Part shown: one piece after another, positions 30,529-43,330 of the stretch
How positions within the stretch are numbered: the first letter of the stretch is position 1
How the letters are laid out: the number at the start of each line of letters is the position of its first letter
NCBI RefSeq assembly: GCF_009834535.1
Contig: NC_045720.1
Span: 930,001-994,000 of the forward strand
DNA length: 64,000 bases
Direction of reading: 5' to 3'
From: Camelus ferus
Taxonomy: Eukaryota
Notes under the pieces: generated by a model
Databases searched by the model: none
What the model saw: only the letters and a program-made list of their open reading frames with translations
Told to the model about the DNA's origin: nothing
Made by a program: the position numbers and the translations under genes

Positions 30529-32019
30529 ACAATGCACGAGATTCCAACATGTTCTCAAATACACATATATAAAATAATCAGCCGGTTATGTATTGCAACC
30601 TTTAGCCTTAAGGAACTGCCCCGATTTCCCTGCAGACACCTCCACTCATCTCTGTGGGGAGAACTGAAGACCCTGCCCCACCGATACTGCCAACACCTCT
30701 ACCCGCATTTTGCAACCCCACACAACCTCCTTCTGCCTCTCAGCCCTTCCTGTAAGAGGCCTCACTTCGCCGCCACACTTAGCTGTCTGCTCCCTGCCCT
30801 CATGGCCGACCCACCTGCTGTGGGCGCACCCTTGGCCTGGGTGCCAGGCGGCCCCTTGCCCAGTTGTCTGGGCCTTCCAGGCCCTCCAGCCCCAGTAGCG
30901 CTGCCTCTGCACTGAAGGCTGGACTTCTTGGGCCCCTGCTCCTTTCTGGGCAGTGGCACGCCTCCACACAACTTCCTGTGCCCCTGTGCCCATCACCTTT
31001 GAGCTATGCCTCAACCTCTAGAAATACAAACTGCCTCCTTGCAGCCCCATCTCACCTCCAGGCCAGAACCATGCCCACCTCCCCCATCCTTGGCCTTCCC
31101 CCAAGCCCAGTTCTCTCTCCTTTTCGAATCTCTCTTGCAGCTGCCAGGTCTGGGCCCACCCTCTGCCCAGTTCTCCTCATCCACACCTAGCCTTTCCCCT
31201 GCAGTGGCCAGTATCTCCCACAGGCTTCCTGACCCTGGCCTCATCACATAGGCAGAAACCTTAGGCTGTGAGCTCCTTTAGCCAGGTAGGAAGTGGCCTC
31301 CCTGTGTTCTGACCCCTGCCCAGGGTCGGGCGCCATGCGGGGCATGCATGGAACCAGAGACACCTCAGTGCCCCCCTCCATCTCCTCAGGCCCCCATACC
31401 CCCAGACTGGGCTTATGCCAGCCCCTTTGCCCGGTGCTGACCAGAGGAGGTAGCCTCAAGCCCCATGAGACAGCCTTGATGTGTTCTCCCTGCTTCTCCA
31501 AGGCCTGGAGACAATCAGGTGCCAGTCACTGTGGTGGTGGGACACGGGCTGGGGTCATGACAGTGACCACGGGGGCACTGCCCTGTCATCTCCCCCCTTT
31601 CCCTCTCTGTCTCAGAGCCACAATGCAGTCACATGGTGGCTTTCACACGGGCAACAGATGCACAAGTCCCTCCCCTGCCAGGACCACCCTGGCGACAGGC
31701 CCCTGCAGCAGCCCCAGCTGGGATCTGATGGCCCCAGGCAACAGGCAGGCTCTTGGATGCTGTGGACAAAGGTGGCCCCAAGTCACCCCTCAAGCAGCCT
31801 TAACCGAGAAGGAAGGCAGTGGACTGGACTCTGGGCAGACAAGAGCCACAGCAATGACAGCATATGGTGTCCATGAGGCTTCTCAAGGGCTCTGTCCTAG
31901 ACAGGGGTGGGGGGGGGGTCTTCAGAAAGGGGTGGGCTCAGGGAAAGAGGTGGTTAGCCTCACAGGGAGTCCGTGGCTGAGGATGAAAGATAGGCAGGCA
32001 GGCTGGGGACAGACAAGAC

Positions 32020-32025
32020 TTTATT
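32020..32025 (-). terminator. MAPK15 polyadenylation signal
   Basis: AATAAA on the - strand ~210 nt after the stop codon. Confidence 0.75.
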
Positions 32026-32233
32026 GGAGGAAGTGATTGACGCTGGGGATTGAGCGTCACCTACTCCCCCAGGGAGGCCCAGACAGGCTCCAGAACCCAA
32101 ATGTGGCCAGATGAAGGGGGTTTGGGGAAAAGGTGGGTGGAAAGCGCTGGTTTCCGGGGCTGCGGGCTGGAGGAGGGGCGGAGGTATTCCAGGGAGGGAG
32201 GGAGGGGCCGGGGCTGAAGGCGGGCAGGGCGGC

Positions 32234-35200
32234 TCAGGCGCGGGGTCCCGGGAGCAAGGGCAGGCAGCCCAGTGCCGACTGGCAGACGGTACCGTAGGCT
32301 TGGGAGTAGCCCCCGAGCGCGGCCCTGGCGGCCCCCTGGGCCCCCTGCGAGGCCGAGACACTGAACATCCTCCGGCCGGGCCGGGGCTCTGGCCGCGCCT
32401 CCCGCGGAGGCCGGTGAGGGACCTGCGCACACGTGATCCCCGTAAGGGGGCGGGAGGGGCAGAAGGGAAGCTTGGAGGAGGCTCCCCGACCGCAGCTAAT
32501 TGGAGTGGGGTAGGGGGCGCGGGGGATGGGGAGGGAGGACGGGAAGGGAAGGGAGGGCGGGAGGGGCGCAGGCTCACCAGTATTGCGCCTGCTGCGCTCA
32601 GCCCTCGGCCCGGGTTCCAGTCACTCCGGATCAAGGCTTGGATGGCTACCTGGGCTGCGGCCTGCGAGGTCAAGGAGGGCTCCACCTCCTTCACGCTGGG
32701 CTTCACCTGGGAAGCGGCCTGTCGCAGGATCACTGCTGCCCTCCTAAAAGACCAGTGGGTGGGGTCCTCCCGTGCCCACCCACCACGACCTACCCACGAG
32801 GACACCAAGGGGAATCCTGCTGTCGCCCCTTGGGGACTTGTTCCTCTCCCAAGACCTCCTGGAGGCGGAGGCTGGAGCAGGGGGGCTGAGATCTGCCTGA
32901 GAAGGTTCTTGGCTCCCCGGGGGGCATCTGTGGGTGGGAAGATCAAGCCCCAAGGTTAGGAGTCCAGTGCTGCTGACGGTGGGTGGTCTCATACAGAAGG
33001 GACCTGTGTCCTGCTCTTTGTAGGGTGACAGACAGAGATCACAAACCGTGCGCGGGGTCGTGACCGAGGCTGCTCTGAGGCCTGGGTCCCAGGATCCGAG
33101 CCCTTGAGCCCAAGGGCAGCTGGGGGTCGGCTCTGGGTTCAATCTGCTGCACCTGGGGCGAGGGGTCAGAGCCCAGGCCCTTCCCTCTCCGGAGGCAGCT
33201 GTTGCCCCTGCGCTCCAGGATCATCTGTGAGAGGGGAGGGGCGCTCAGAGGTGCTTGGTGTGGGCGTGGGGGACACTGGGGGTTACTGAGGCAGGGAGAG
33301 GCCTCTAGGGTGAGTGGATGGGGAGTGATTGGGGTCTCGGGACAGAGCACCTGGTAGACACGGTTGCGATACTCGGTGGCTGAGAGCTGGGCCACTTTGT
33401 GCACCGGAAGCTGCACAGCCGCCTCCAGTGTCCATTCACGGGCCGGGCAGTGGAACCTGCGGGGAGCCAGCAAGGAGGGCGCTGGAGAGGGGAGACCCGG
33501 GCTGCAGTCAAGCACGCCCCTCTGACCTCTCCAACCCACCCCAACCCTCATCCCAGCAACCGCCCTACCTCTGCACATAGGGGTGCTGCAGTGCCTGGGC
33601 CGCGCTAAGCCGCTTGTCTGGGGCAAACACCAGCAGTCGCTTGAGCAGGTCCAGGGCCTCGGGGGGCGTGTCGGCCGGCAGGAGGGCATCCAGTGTCTGC
33701 CGTGGCCTGCCAGCACCTGCCTATCATCCCCTCTGCTGTTGGCATCCCTCCCCACGTCCACAGCTGTGGCCCCAGCTAGGCTTCCAGTCTTGCACCCCTA
33801 CCCACCTTCCTGTCTCTGTGGTTCCAAGCACCACCCGCAGGCAGCCCGGGAGGGTCGTCAGCCCTCGCCTCCCTTCCAGTCCCCTTGCTGCAAGGCCTGG
33901 CGCAGCTCGTGCTACACACCAGGGCTGAGCTGGCCCCACGCTGAGATCTCCTTTTCAGCCAGACCGACAGCTTCTGGATTGGGAGCACCATCAGGAGGGC
34001 AGGGCCCCCTGAGCTGGCACATACTGGCCCTTAAGGTTGTAGGAAGGGCACTAGAGCCCGCTCCCAAGCACCCACACTCACCGGGACCCCAGCGGGGGCA
34101 CAACTGAGGCACTGTAGCTGGAGCTGAGAGCCAGGAGGTCTGGGAGTGCAGGTAGGAGGAGGTGCGACCAGCAATTAGGAACGTGGTAGGTGGGGCAGCT
34201 CAGGGAGGGCGGGAGCAGCCAGCCCTTCTGACCCATGAGTGACCTCGCCGGCAGGGCTCCAACCCTCAATATCTGGCTGCCTACCGCCACTTGTGCATAA
34301 GAGCCCCACCTGTCCATCATACATGTGCACACTCACATGTGCACACATGTCCCCCTGTCCTGTGCTCCCACCTCCACAGGAGAGCCCTTTACCTTCTCTA
34401 CCAGAGCAGAGACTTGGGGAGAGAATAGGGCTCCCTAGCGCTGCCCTTCACCCTCCCTCCCCCAGGGAGGAGAAAGGACCCTGAGGCCCCACCCCCATTT
34501 CTGCCAGTGTCCCTCCCCAGCTCCCAGCACAGTGTGGGTCCCCCATCACCCCTCAGCAGAGCCAGTGCTCTTGTCCTGACCTGGATGGATGCTTCAGCAG
34601 CACGGCTTGACCCTCATGGACCTTGTGGCCCTTGCAGAATCTGTCCAGTTCCTCCCCCAAACCCCTCAGCAGCTCCTCCGTGGGCCACCACCTGCAGGGC
34701 CTGCCCTTCCAGGCTTCCTGAGGCATCTGGACTCTCCCAGTCCCTCCTCCTCCAGGTTCCCATCCCCAGCTCACTCCTCGCCATCCTCCCTATGCAGTTC
34801 TGGCCTGTCAGGTGCTGTCCCCCCACAGCTGTGTGTTCTGACCCTCAGTGTGCCTGGTGCCCAGTGGACCCCTGCACACGCGCTCACCCTCCTCAGATGG
34901 TGGCGGAATGGTCCCCAGGATCAGCTCCAGCTGGTGGAGTGTGGATGTGCCAGGGAACAGGGGCCTCCCCCGCAGCATCTCCCCTAGGATGCAGCCCAGA
35001 CTCCACATGTCCACCCCAGGGGTGTACCTGGGGCAGGAAGAGGTGGTGGATGTGTGGGGGTGACCCTTGAGAAAGAGGTGGGAGTGGGAGGAGGGACTTC
35101 AAGGGGTGGGATCTGGGACACTTGTGGGGGACATAGGAAGGCCAGGGGTTCTGGCTGGGCAGGAGGGCATGGGGGGACCTGCAGCGGGAGGTGGGGTGGG

Positions 35201-38096
35201 ATGGGGGTGGGTTGCTGTTACCAGCTTGAGGACAGCAGCACCTCCGGAGCTCGGTACCAGCGTGTGGCCACGTACTCGGTCAGGGCCTGGCCCTCTGGTC
35301 CCTCAGGGAGGCTGCTGAGGGAGCGGGCGAGGCCAAAGTCACAGAGCTTCACCGAGCAGCTGGCGTCCAGGAGAACGTTGGACGGCTGGGGGAGAAGAGA
35401 TGGGTGGAGGGCTGATAAGGACCAGAGCTCAAGGACACTGGGGTGGGGGCACAGCTCAGGGGATGGGATGGGGCAGCACCTTCTGGTCCCGGTGGATAAC
35501 GCATCCCGAGTGGATGAACTTGGTGGCCCGCAGGAGCTGGTAGAAGATGTAGCGTTTGTGGGTGTCCTTCAGCACCGTGCCCTTGCAGATGACGGCATGC
35601 AGGTCAGTGTCTGGGGGGGGCATTCAGGTCAGTCTGGGGGGCTAGGGAAAGCAGGCAGGTCTGGCCCACTTTGGACCCTTGTGGGGGTTCCTCAGCCTGC
35701 CCACTGCCTACAGTCTCCAGGTCCCGCTGGCCACCCCCCGAGCCTTGTTCTGGGTGCAGGCAATGCCTGGGACCCTCTGCTGGCTTCTCAAGCCTGCCCG
35801 CCATCTGTTGGTACAGCAGTAAAAGTTTGTGAAATTACTTTTATACTTAATTTCATGTTGCCTTTGTTTTATAAAATGAATAGAAAAAGGAAAATGCATC
35901 TGCAAACAGTGACAGGGCAGGAGCCTCGCGGAGGGGTCAGGGTATTTGCCACCAGGCCTTGGGGGCAGACACTCTCCAGCTGTTTGTCCTGGGGCACAGG
36001 GACATGGCCCAAGCTGAGTGCACTGGGTACTGTGGGGACCCAAGCAGCAAAGGGACATGTGGAGGGAGTCAGGCCACTGGGGGCCAGGCCAGGGGAACCT
36101 GGGCTGGGGTCTGCGTGAGGCCTCACTCACCCATATACTCAAATACCAGGTAAATGTCCCTGTCATTCTCTGCCTGGATCACATCCAGGAGTCGGATGAT
36201 GTTGGGATGGTTCCCAAATTCCTGGGGAGAAAGTGGAGGGTGCTGTGCTCTGGGGATCAACGGGCCAGGCTTCCCCCTTATTCGGAGAGACGGCACCTGG
36301 AAAAGCAGGCAGGTGGCCTGGGCCACTCACCTGGAGCAGCATGATTTCCCGGAACGTTCTCTGGAAAGAAACAAAAACAGGAGTGTGGGTGCAGAGCAAG
36401 AAGGAAGCCCATATCTTGAGAGGAGCTGACAGGACTGATGCTCATCTCACACACTCACTGGACACAGGGTCGCCGAGGGCAGTGCTCTGAGAGATGCCAG
36501 AAACCTGCTGTGATGGGGCTTCAAGTTTCTGCTGAATCTTCCAGACGCATAGCAGCAGGAGGCCGCCCCTCCCCATGCCTCATCCTTTCCCACACCTCTT
36601 AACCACTTACTTACCTGGGCATCTGTCTTATCTCTAAAGGCATCAAAGATTTTCTTGATGGCCACAACCTCGCCAGTCCTCCGATCCACTGCCTTCCACA
36701 CGATGCCATAGGCCTGGGGAGGAGGGCAGTCAGCTTGCTGGGCACGGGGTTAGCCTCCTGCCCCATCATCCCCTGTCCACCAGACTGTCCCCTGCAGACA
36801 TGAGGCTCCTCCTTCCCACCCTGGCTCCTGAGAGGGGATACAGCATGGTGAGGGGCAAAGCCCCCCCCCGGGGGGCAGGCCAGGGACCCTAGTATGTTCC
36901 TAATAGGAAGCAAGGGGGGTTGAAGGAAAGAGAGGGGGCATCTGTGGAGGCTCCAGGAAGAAATGAGGTTGTAGATGGGAGCATGCTTCTGGACAGCAAC
37001 TGAAGCCTGTCCCTTCTCTGGACAGCCTTCCATCCTGGGTGCCCTCATCCCTCTCTGTCACATACCCTCATCTGGCCTATCAGCAAGTCCTGTTGGCTCC
37101 ACCTTCAGAATTCATCAGAATCCAACCACTTCCTACCATCTCTGCTGCCCCTACCCTGGTCTGAGCCTCTCGCACCTCTCGCCTGGATCTCCCTCACCCA
37201 CTCCCACTGTCCATACTCAACAGAGTGGGCAGGGGGAGCCTCATAAAGTGGTGCCAATGGCTGCTACCACTTCCCATGTCACCCACAATGGAAGCCAAAG
37301 CCCTCACAGTTGCCCCAAAGCCCCACACAAATGGACACTGCTCTTAGTCACTCCCATCCAGTCACATCAACTCTGCTGCTTGACCAACAGCCCAGTAGGT
37401 CCTTGCCTCAGGGCCTTTGCACATACTGTTTGCTCTGTCTGGACTGCTCTTTCTCCCCTCCCCCATTACCCACTTGCACACACCCACACACCTTCACACA
37501 TACACTCTCATAATCCCACAGGCTCTCACTCACTCACAATCACAAACATATACGGGCTCACACAAAGTTCTGGCCCCCACTCTATGCCCACCCCATTTTC
37601 TGGCTCAGGCCCTTCTTGGGTGGGGCCTGAGATCTGCCCTTCCCCCTCAACGACTGGTGTGCCCAGACTCCCTGGAGCATCGGTTAGCACTGGGAGAGGC
37701 AGCTCGGGAGCCGGGGACGTTGCGTGGGGACGGTTGGTGGATGGGACATCAAGATGGGACCTGAGACTCCTAGAGGCCCTGGCCTGAGACTCCCAGAGCC
37801 AGGTGACAAGTTCCCTGGGAGTTGGCACTGTTAGGGCCCTGTTGTAGGAAACAGGCACCGAGGGGCTCGATGGCTTGCCCGAGGCCACACTTGCAGCTCG
37901 TGGAGGAGGTAGGGCTCGAGTCCAGGAGTCCCCGGCAGTGTGGAAAGCAACAGTCCTCCGAGTGATTCTGCCCACACCCTGCAGGGGACCTAATCCCGCG
38001 GACGCCCGGGCTCCTCCCGGAACTCACCCCCTTCCCGAGCCGACGCTTGAGCAGGTATCGCTGGGCTACGTGATGGTCCACCTCAGCGGCGCACAT
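32234..38096 (-). CDS. MAPK15: Mitogen-activated protein kinase 15 (ERK7/ERK8), 551 aa
   Basis: 14 coding exons: 38028-38096, 36615-36713, 36331-36360, 36131-36221, 35480-35610, 35222-35385, 34888-35027, 34082-34139, 33569-33706, 33351-33456, 33047-33224, 32794-32927, 32578-32706, 32234-32422 (total 1656 nt). Motifs: GKGAYGIVWK, VAIKK, HRDQKPSN (characteristic of MAPK15), DFGLAR, TEY activation loop, [11 protein letters not shown]. Confidence 0.97.
37050..37450 (-). mobile_element. L2 fragment in MAPK15 intron 1
   Basis: TGTTGGCTCCACCTTCAGAAT...CCACTTCCTACCATCTCTGCTGC... L2 3' text. Confidence 0.6.
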
Positions 38097-38800
38097 GCCG
38101 GCTGGTGAGAGCCAGGAGTCCTCTGGACACCGGCTGGGCTCGAGCTGTTGAATCCAGTTGCCTTGGGAACCGGCGGCGGTGCCTCCCTTGCGCCTGCGCC
38201 TGCGCCGAGCGGGGCAGAGCGGGGTCTGCAGCCCAAGCCCCGCCCAAGCCCCGGCCCCCGAGGAGCTCCTCCCCACAGTCCCGCCCCAACGGCGCCGCCC
38301 CCGGTCGGCGCTGCCTTCCTCTCGATCCTTCCGCGTTAACCCCCACCAGAGCCCCCGAAGGTGCCCCTTGCCGCCCTCCGCCCCACCTCCGCCCACGGAG
38401 CCTTCCGCAACCTCCAGAACCTCCGTGCCAACTCCCGGCCTCTGCACGTGCGGTGCCCGCCGGCCGGGATGCCGTTTGCTCCCTCTGCCTTACTTCTTCC
38501 CAGTTTTGCGACGGGGGTGCCGATGGTTAGGGCGCCACTCGCAGACAGCCCCTCCGCTCTGGAGGTGTCTGGGGGCAGGGGCCGCGCCGTCCCCAGCGGG
38601 TGCGAGCGTCTGAACTGGGAGCTCCTGCTGAGGTGCCGCGAGGAGCCTGGGGGCAGTTCCAGGGCGGGTGGCTGGGAGCGCAAAGCTGGAGGAGGTGAGG
38701 GTTTACGAGACCGGCTGAGAAGGGCTGCTGTGCGCCGAGGTCAAGCGCCAGACGGCGATCAGAAAGCCAGGTAAAGGGGCTGCTGGTGGGCGAGGGTGTC
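37950..38800. promoter_or_regulatory. MAPK15 CpG-island promoter with RFX X-box and NRF1-like site
   Basis: CpG-rich; X-box-like GTTGCCTTGGGAAC at 38157-38170, ~60 nt upstream of the ATG; TGCGCCTGCGCCTGCGC (NRF1-like) at ~38189-38205. Confidence 0.7.
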
Positions 38801-38999
38801 CAGGGAAGGAAGAGGGAGCATGACCCCTTGGACGCTGGAGGAAGAGCATCGAGGGGGCAGCTCGGCAAAGGCCTGAGTGGGAGTGTGCCTGGCGCGTTGG
38901 AACCACAGGGAGGCCCGGTGTGGTGGGAGCCCTGGGATGGAGACCACGGTGTCAGCCGGGAGGATAGGCAAAGCAGGAGGCGGTTATTGTGAATGAGAC

Positions 39000-41900
39000 C
39001 CGGGCTGTGGCAGCGTCTGATCAGGCACGGGCAGGTGGAACCAGGGAAGAAGATGAAACAGTGGCAGTGTGCAAGAGTGGGTTCTGGCTGCAGTGGAGCC
39101 CCTAGATTTGCTGAGGGTGGGCTGTGGGTGTGAGAGAAAGAGGAATGTCAGGTGACCCCCAAGTTCACGGGAAGGGAGTGTCTGGAACAGGGCTGAGATG
39201 GGAAGGCAGCCCATCGACCAGGTTTAGAGAGACTAGAAATTGGGGCATTTGAAGCTTAAGCTGGTAGGACATCCAAGTGGACATCACAGAAAGACCTGAC
39301 TCTGGCGCTCAGGGGTGAGGTGATGTACACCGGGAGTGCTGATGCAGGAGGTGCTGAGGGTTGGAAGCAGTGGCCAGGCAAGACCACCAGGCAGTGAATG
39401 TGGATACAGGAGAAAAGGCAGTAGAGCCCTGGGCCCTGCAGTGTCTGGGTGAGCTCCCAAACTGTCTGGGGACCAGCAGTTTTTAAATCTTTCAATCTGT
39501 TTATTTGAACCAATTCAGACCAGAAATTTTGTGAAATCCAATAAAAATGAGTTACTAGAAAAAAAATTTAACTTCAGACATACACAAAAGCCCATCATTT
39601 TTTATTAGATTCAACAGTCATTAAATTGCTCTTTTCTATCACTGTGCTTCTTAACTCTTCATTTCCCTTTCTGAGCTACTTCCTTGCAGACCTGTAAGAG
39701 TTTGTGGGATGGCGCTGCAGACTGAGAAGGAGGGAATGAAGGCCAGGGCCACATGTGCTGTCCAGTGGCCACGTGAGGACATAACGTCTGAAACGGAAAG
39801 AGTATGCCAGTTAGAACTGGAGATACGCTGCGTGCCTTCTGGAATGGCTAACACTAAGAAGATTGACCCTACCAAGTGTTGGTGAACAAGTGGAGGAACT
39901 GGAACACTCATACTCTGTTGACAGGAGTATAAAATGCTACAGACAATTTGATAGTTTCTTAAAATCTTTAACATGAATTTACTGTGACCCAGGCATTCTC
40001 CACCAAGTAGTTAGCCAAAAGAATTGGAAACATACATCCACACAAAGAATTGCACACACACTTGTTCATAGCAGCTTTATTTGTAATAGCCCAAAACTGG
40101 AAATGTCCTGAATGCTACTTCCAATGTTTGAAACAGAGAAATGGATAAATAAAATGTGGTATAGCCATCCAATGGAATATTACTCAGGGAAAAAAAAGGA
40201 AAAACCTATTGATACACCCAACAGGGATGAATCTCAAAATCATTATGCCAATGAAAGAAGTCAGATCTCTTCATAAAAGAGTTCACTGTATGATTACATC
40301 TGTACAAAATTCTAGAAAAATCCCAACTACAGATTGCTGACAGCTCTGTGGTGGAGGAGGGGAGAGAAGGGCTGCCAGTGGTACAAGGCTTTTGGGGGCG
40401 GCAGGAATGTGCAAGTGTGGTGATGGCTCTGGGGTGTACATTTATATCAAACCTGTTTAATTTTACACTTTAAGTATGTGTGGTTTATTATACTTAAGTT
40501 GTATCTCAATATAAAAGTTGGAGGGGGTGGGGAATAAACAAGGGAAAAAGAAGCCAAGAAGGCCGAGATGCTTCCGCTTCTGGTCGTGATGGAGTAACTG
40601 GCCCAGGCCATGCCCTCCAACTGTGAACAGCTAGAAAACTGGACAAAGTATATGGAACAACTGTCTGCGAACACTGGACAAGAACCCACACTGGACTGTG
40701 CTCTCAGCAAAATGCAAACAGATGTGGTCATCCTGACTCTGTCACTGAGCACCACATCAGGGAGGAGCTGGAGAAATTTTCACAAGTCCACGTAAGGAAC
40801 AAGCAAGGGGCGAGGGAAGCTGAACATTCCAAATTTCACATAGACTGAGGAGATCTTTAAGTGCTAAGCAGCCAGGGTGGACACCAGAACATTTAAGAGA
40901 GACCTCAGGCAGTCACGCATGCCTCAACGAAGGGACTAAACTAACTCTAGACTAAAGGCTACTCCGTTCCCATCCTAAGTGTGAAGAACAAGCCTCAGAG
41001 GGAACCAGATGATACAAACATAGCTGCCAAAAAAGTCAGCACTCTAAAAGGAAACAACAAAGCAACACTCGAAAACCTAAAATCCACAATATCCAGCATC
41101 CAATAAAAAGTCACTAAACTTACTCAGTTAAAAATATGGACAAAGGATTTGAACAGACATCTCCAAAGAAGATGTACAAAGGTCAGCCCCATAGGAGGAG
41201 ATGCACAGCATCACTAGCCACCAGGTAAACGCGCTCAAGACATGCGCTGACACTCACTAGGATGACTGTGATAAAAGAAAAAATCTTGGCGAAATGGAGA
41301 GAAATCAGAAATCCCATACAGTGCTGGTGGGATTTAAAATGGTGCAGCTGCTGTGGAAAACTGGAAATTCCTCAAAACATTGCAGATAGAATTACCATGT
41401 GACCTTGCAACTCCACTTCTGGGCATAAACCCAAAATAATTGAAAACAGGTATTCAGACAAATACTCGTACACAAGTGTTCACAACAGCCTATTCATAAA
41501 AAACCAAATTGTAATAACCCAACTGTCTGTCAGCTGATGAATGAATAAACAAAATGTTGTCTATGCAAACAACAGAATATAATGTGGCCATAAAAAAGCA
41601 AGGAAGCACTGATATATCCTCTGATGAGGCTGAGTCTTAGAAACACTGTGCTAAGTGAAGTGAGTCAGATATAAGAGGTCACATATGATGTGATTCCCCT
41701 TCTATTCAGAACAGGTAAGTCCACGGACACAGGAAGCAGACTGGTGGTCCCCAGGGGCAGGGAGGAGGGAGCATGAGCAGTGACTGCCTACAGGGTTCAG
41801 GGTTTCTTTTTGGAGGGATGACAATGTGCCTACATAGAAGTGATGGTTACATAACACTGTGAATGTACCAAATGCCACTGATTTGTACACTTTCATATGG

Positions 41901-43330
41901 TTATGTTGTGTGAATTTCGCCTCAAAAAATGAGTTACAGGACTTGTGAGGAAGCAGGGGACCATGAGCCAATCCAGGAGAAAAAGAAGTTGATAGAACCA
42001 GACCCATAAATGACAGAGATGAAAGAACCAGTAATGACTTTGGAAACAGCTATTATAAATATGTGCGTGGATATAATGAAAATGTGAATATGATGATGCA
42101 AGAAAGGCAAAATATTAAAAAGAATCAAATGGAATTTCTAGAGCTGAAAAATAGAATATCTGAAATGAAAAACTCATTGGAAGGACTTAGCAGGAAGGAT
42201 GATCTGTGAACTCAAAGACACAGCAATAGAAACCATCCAAATGGAAACCCTCAGAGAAGAAGCCCTCAGTGACCCAGGAGCTGGTGTTAGCAAATAGGGG
42301 GCAGGGCTGCAGAAAGTCTGTTTGAGAGAGTAATGGCTGAAAGTTTTGCAGATTTGAAGGAAAAATCATACACTCACAGATCCAGGAAAAACTAGGAAAA
42401 ACACAAAGGAAGCCACAACAAGCACAGAACCTAAGTAGCTGAAAAACTGTAATAAAGAAAAAATACGAAAAATAACCAAAGAAATTTACATGCAGTGAAA
42501 CAAAAATAAGCATAACTGCAGAGTTCTTGTCAGAAAAAAAAATTTCAAGCCAGAAGAAAAAGCAGTATCATTAATGTACTCAAAGGAAAAAAAAACTGCC
42601 AATCTGGAGTTCATGAACAAATCCCTAAAAACGCAGCACACAGAAAACACACAGAACAGATTACAAGTGAGACTGCTGGGTATGGTTAAAGCAGAACCCG
42701 TTGTTAGAAAATCAGAAGGGCCACTTCAGGGTGGCCAAATAGCCGGGGTGATTCTTCAGACTGAAAATGCACTAAATCCAGTGAGAAACATGGTACAGTG
42801 GGATCCATGGGAGCCCTTAGTGGAAGAGCCTCCTGCCAATGGATTGAAATGGTCGGTATCCTCATCAGTAAATGACTTGTGCCTTGATGAGAAACTGATG
42901 TGGCTAAATGTTCTGTTATATTAAAAATGTTTTCATATTACTGACATCTTATAATCCAGACAACTGATACAGAACATAAAAAATAAAATTAAAAACCTAA
43001 GAGAGGAATTACTAGGTGTCTGGAATGAAAGATGACTTTCCTGGGGGGAAGGTATAGCTCAGTGGTAAAGCGTGTGCCTAGCATGCCCGAGGGACTGGGT
43101 TCAATCCCCAGCAACTCCATTAAAAATAAAATTAAATTAAAAAGATGACATTCCTACCAAATCCTTCAAACACTGAGAAGAAAATAAGGGCTTATCATCA
43201 GCAACCTCCCACCAAGAAATCTGCTAACTTAGATGAAATGGCACATTCACTGAGTGAGTGGGGCTACCCACCCCCACGCAGAGTCAATGATAAGCACAGA
43301 AACGTAAACTGGAAAGCTGTCCGCCCGTGA
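39000..43330 (+). mobile_element. Repeat block: L2 (~39.0-39.45 kb) followed by several old L1 fragments
   Basis: L1 3' ends (40.0-40.5 kb, 41.1-41.9 kb), ORF1-like text (41.96-42.6 kb) and ORF2-like text (~43.15-43.3 kb). Confidence 0.7.
43043..43143 (+). mobile_element. tRNA-Ala-derived SINE with 15-bp target-site duplication
   Basis: GGGGGGAAGGTATAGCTCAGTGG...GGGTTCAATCCC plus A tail; TSD AAAGATGACTTTCCT (43028-43042) / AAAGATGACATTCCT (43141-43155). Confidence 0.9.

Noticed and set aside
31960-32959. 328-aa (-) and 282-aa (+) ORFs over the MAPK15 3' end
   Set aside because: Read-through of MAPK15 exons and GC-rich introns, and antisense shadow frames.
34589-34987. 132-aa + strand ORF ([19 protein letters not shown]...)
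   Set aside because: It lies antisense in a MAPK15 intron and exon with no supporting splice structure, as expected by chance in GC-rich DNA.
36975-37787. 270-aa + strand ORF in MAPK15 intron 1
   Set aside because: Composed largely of L2 and CA-rich repeat sequence.
38361-38774. 137-aa ORF divergent from MAPK15
   Set aside because: Low-complexity CpG-island translation; kept only as a possible non-coding first exon.
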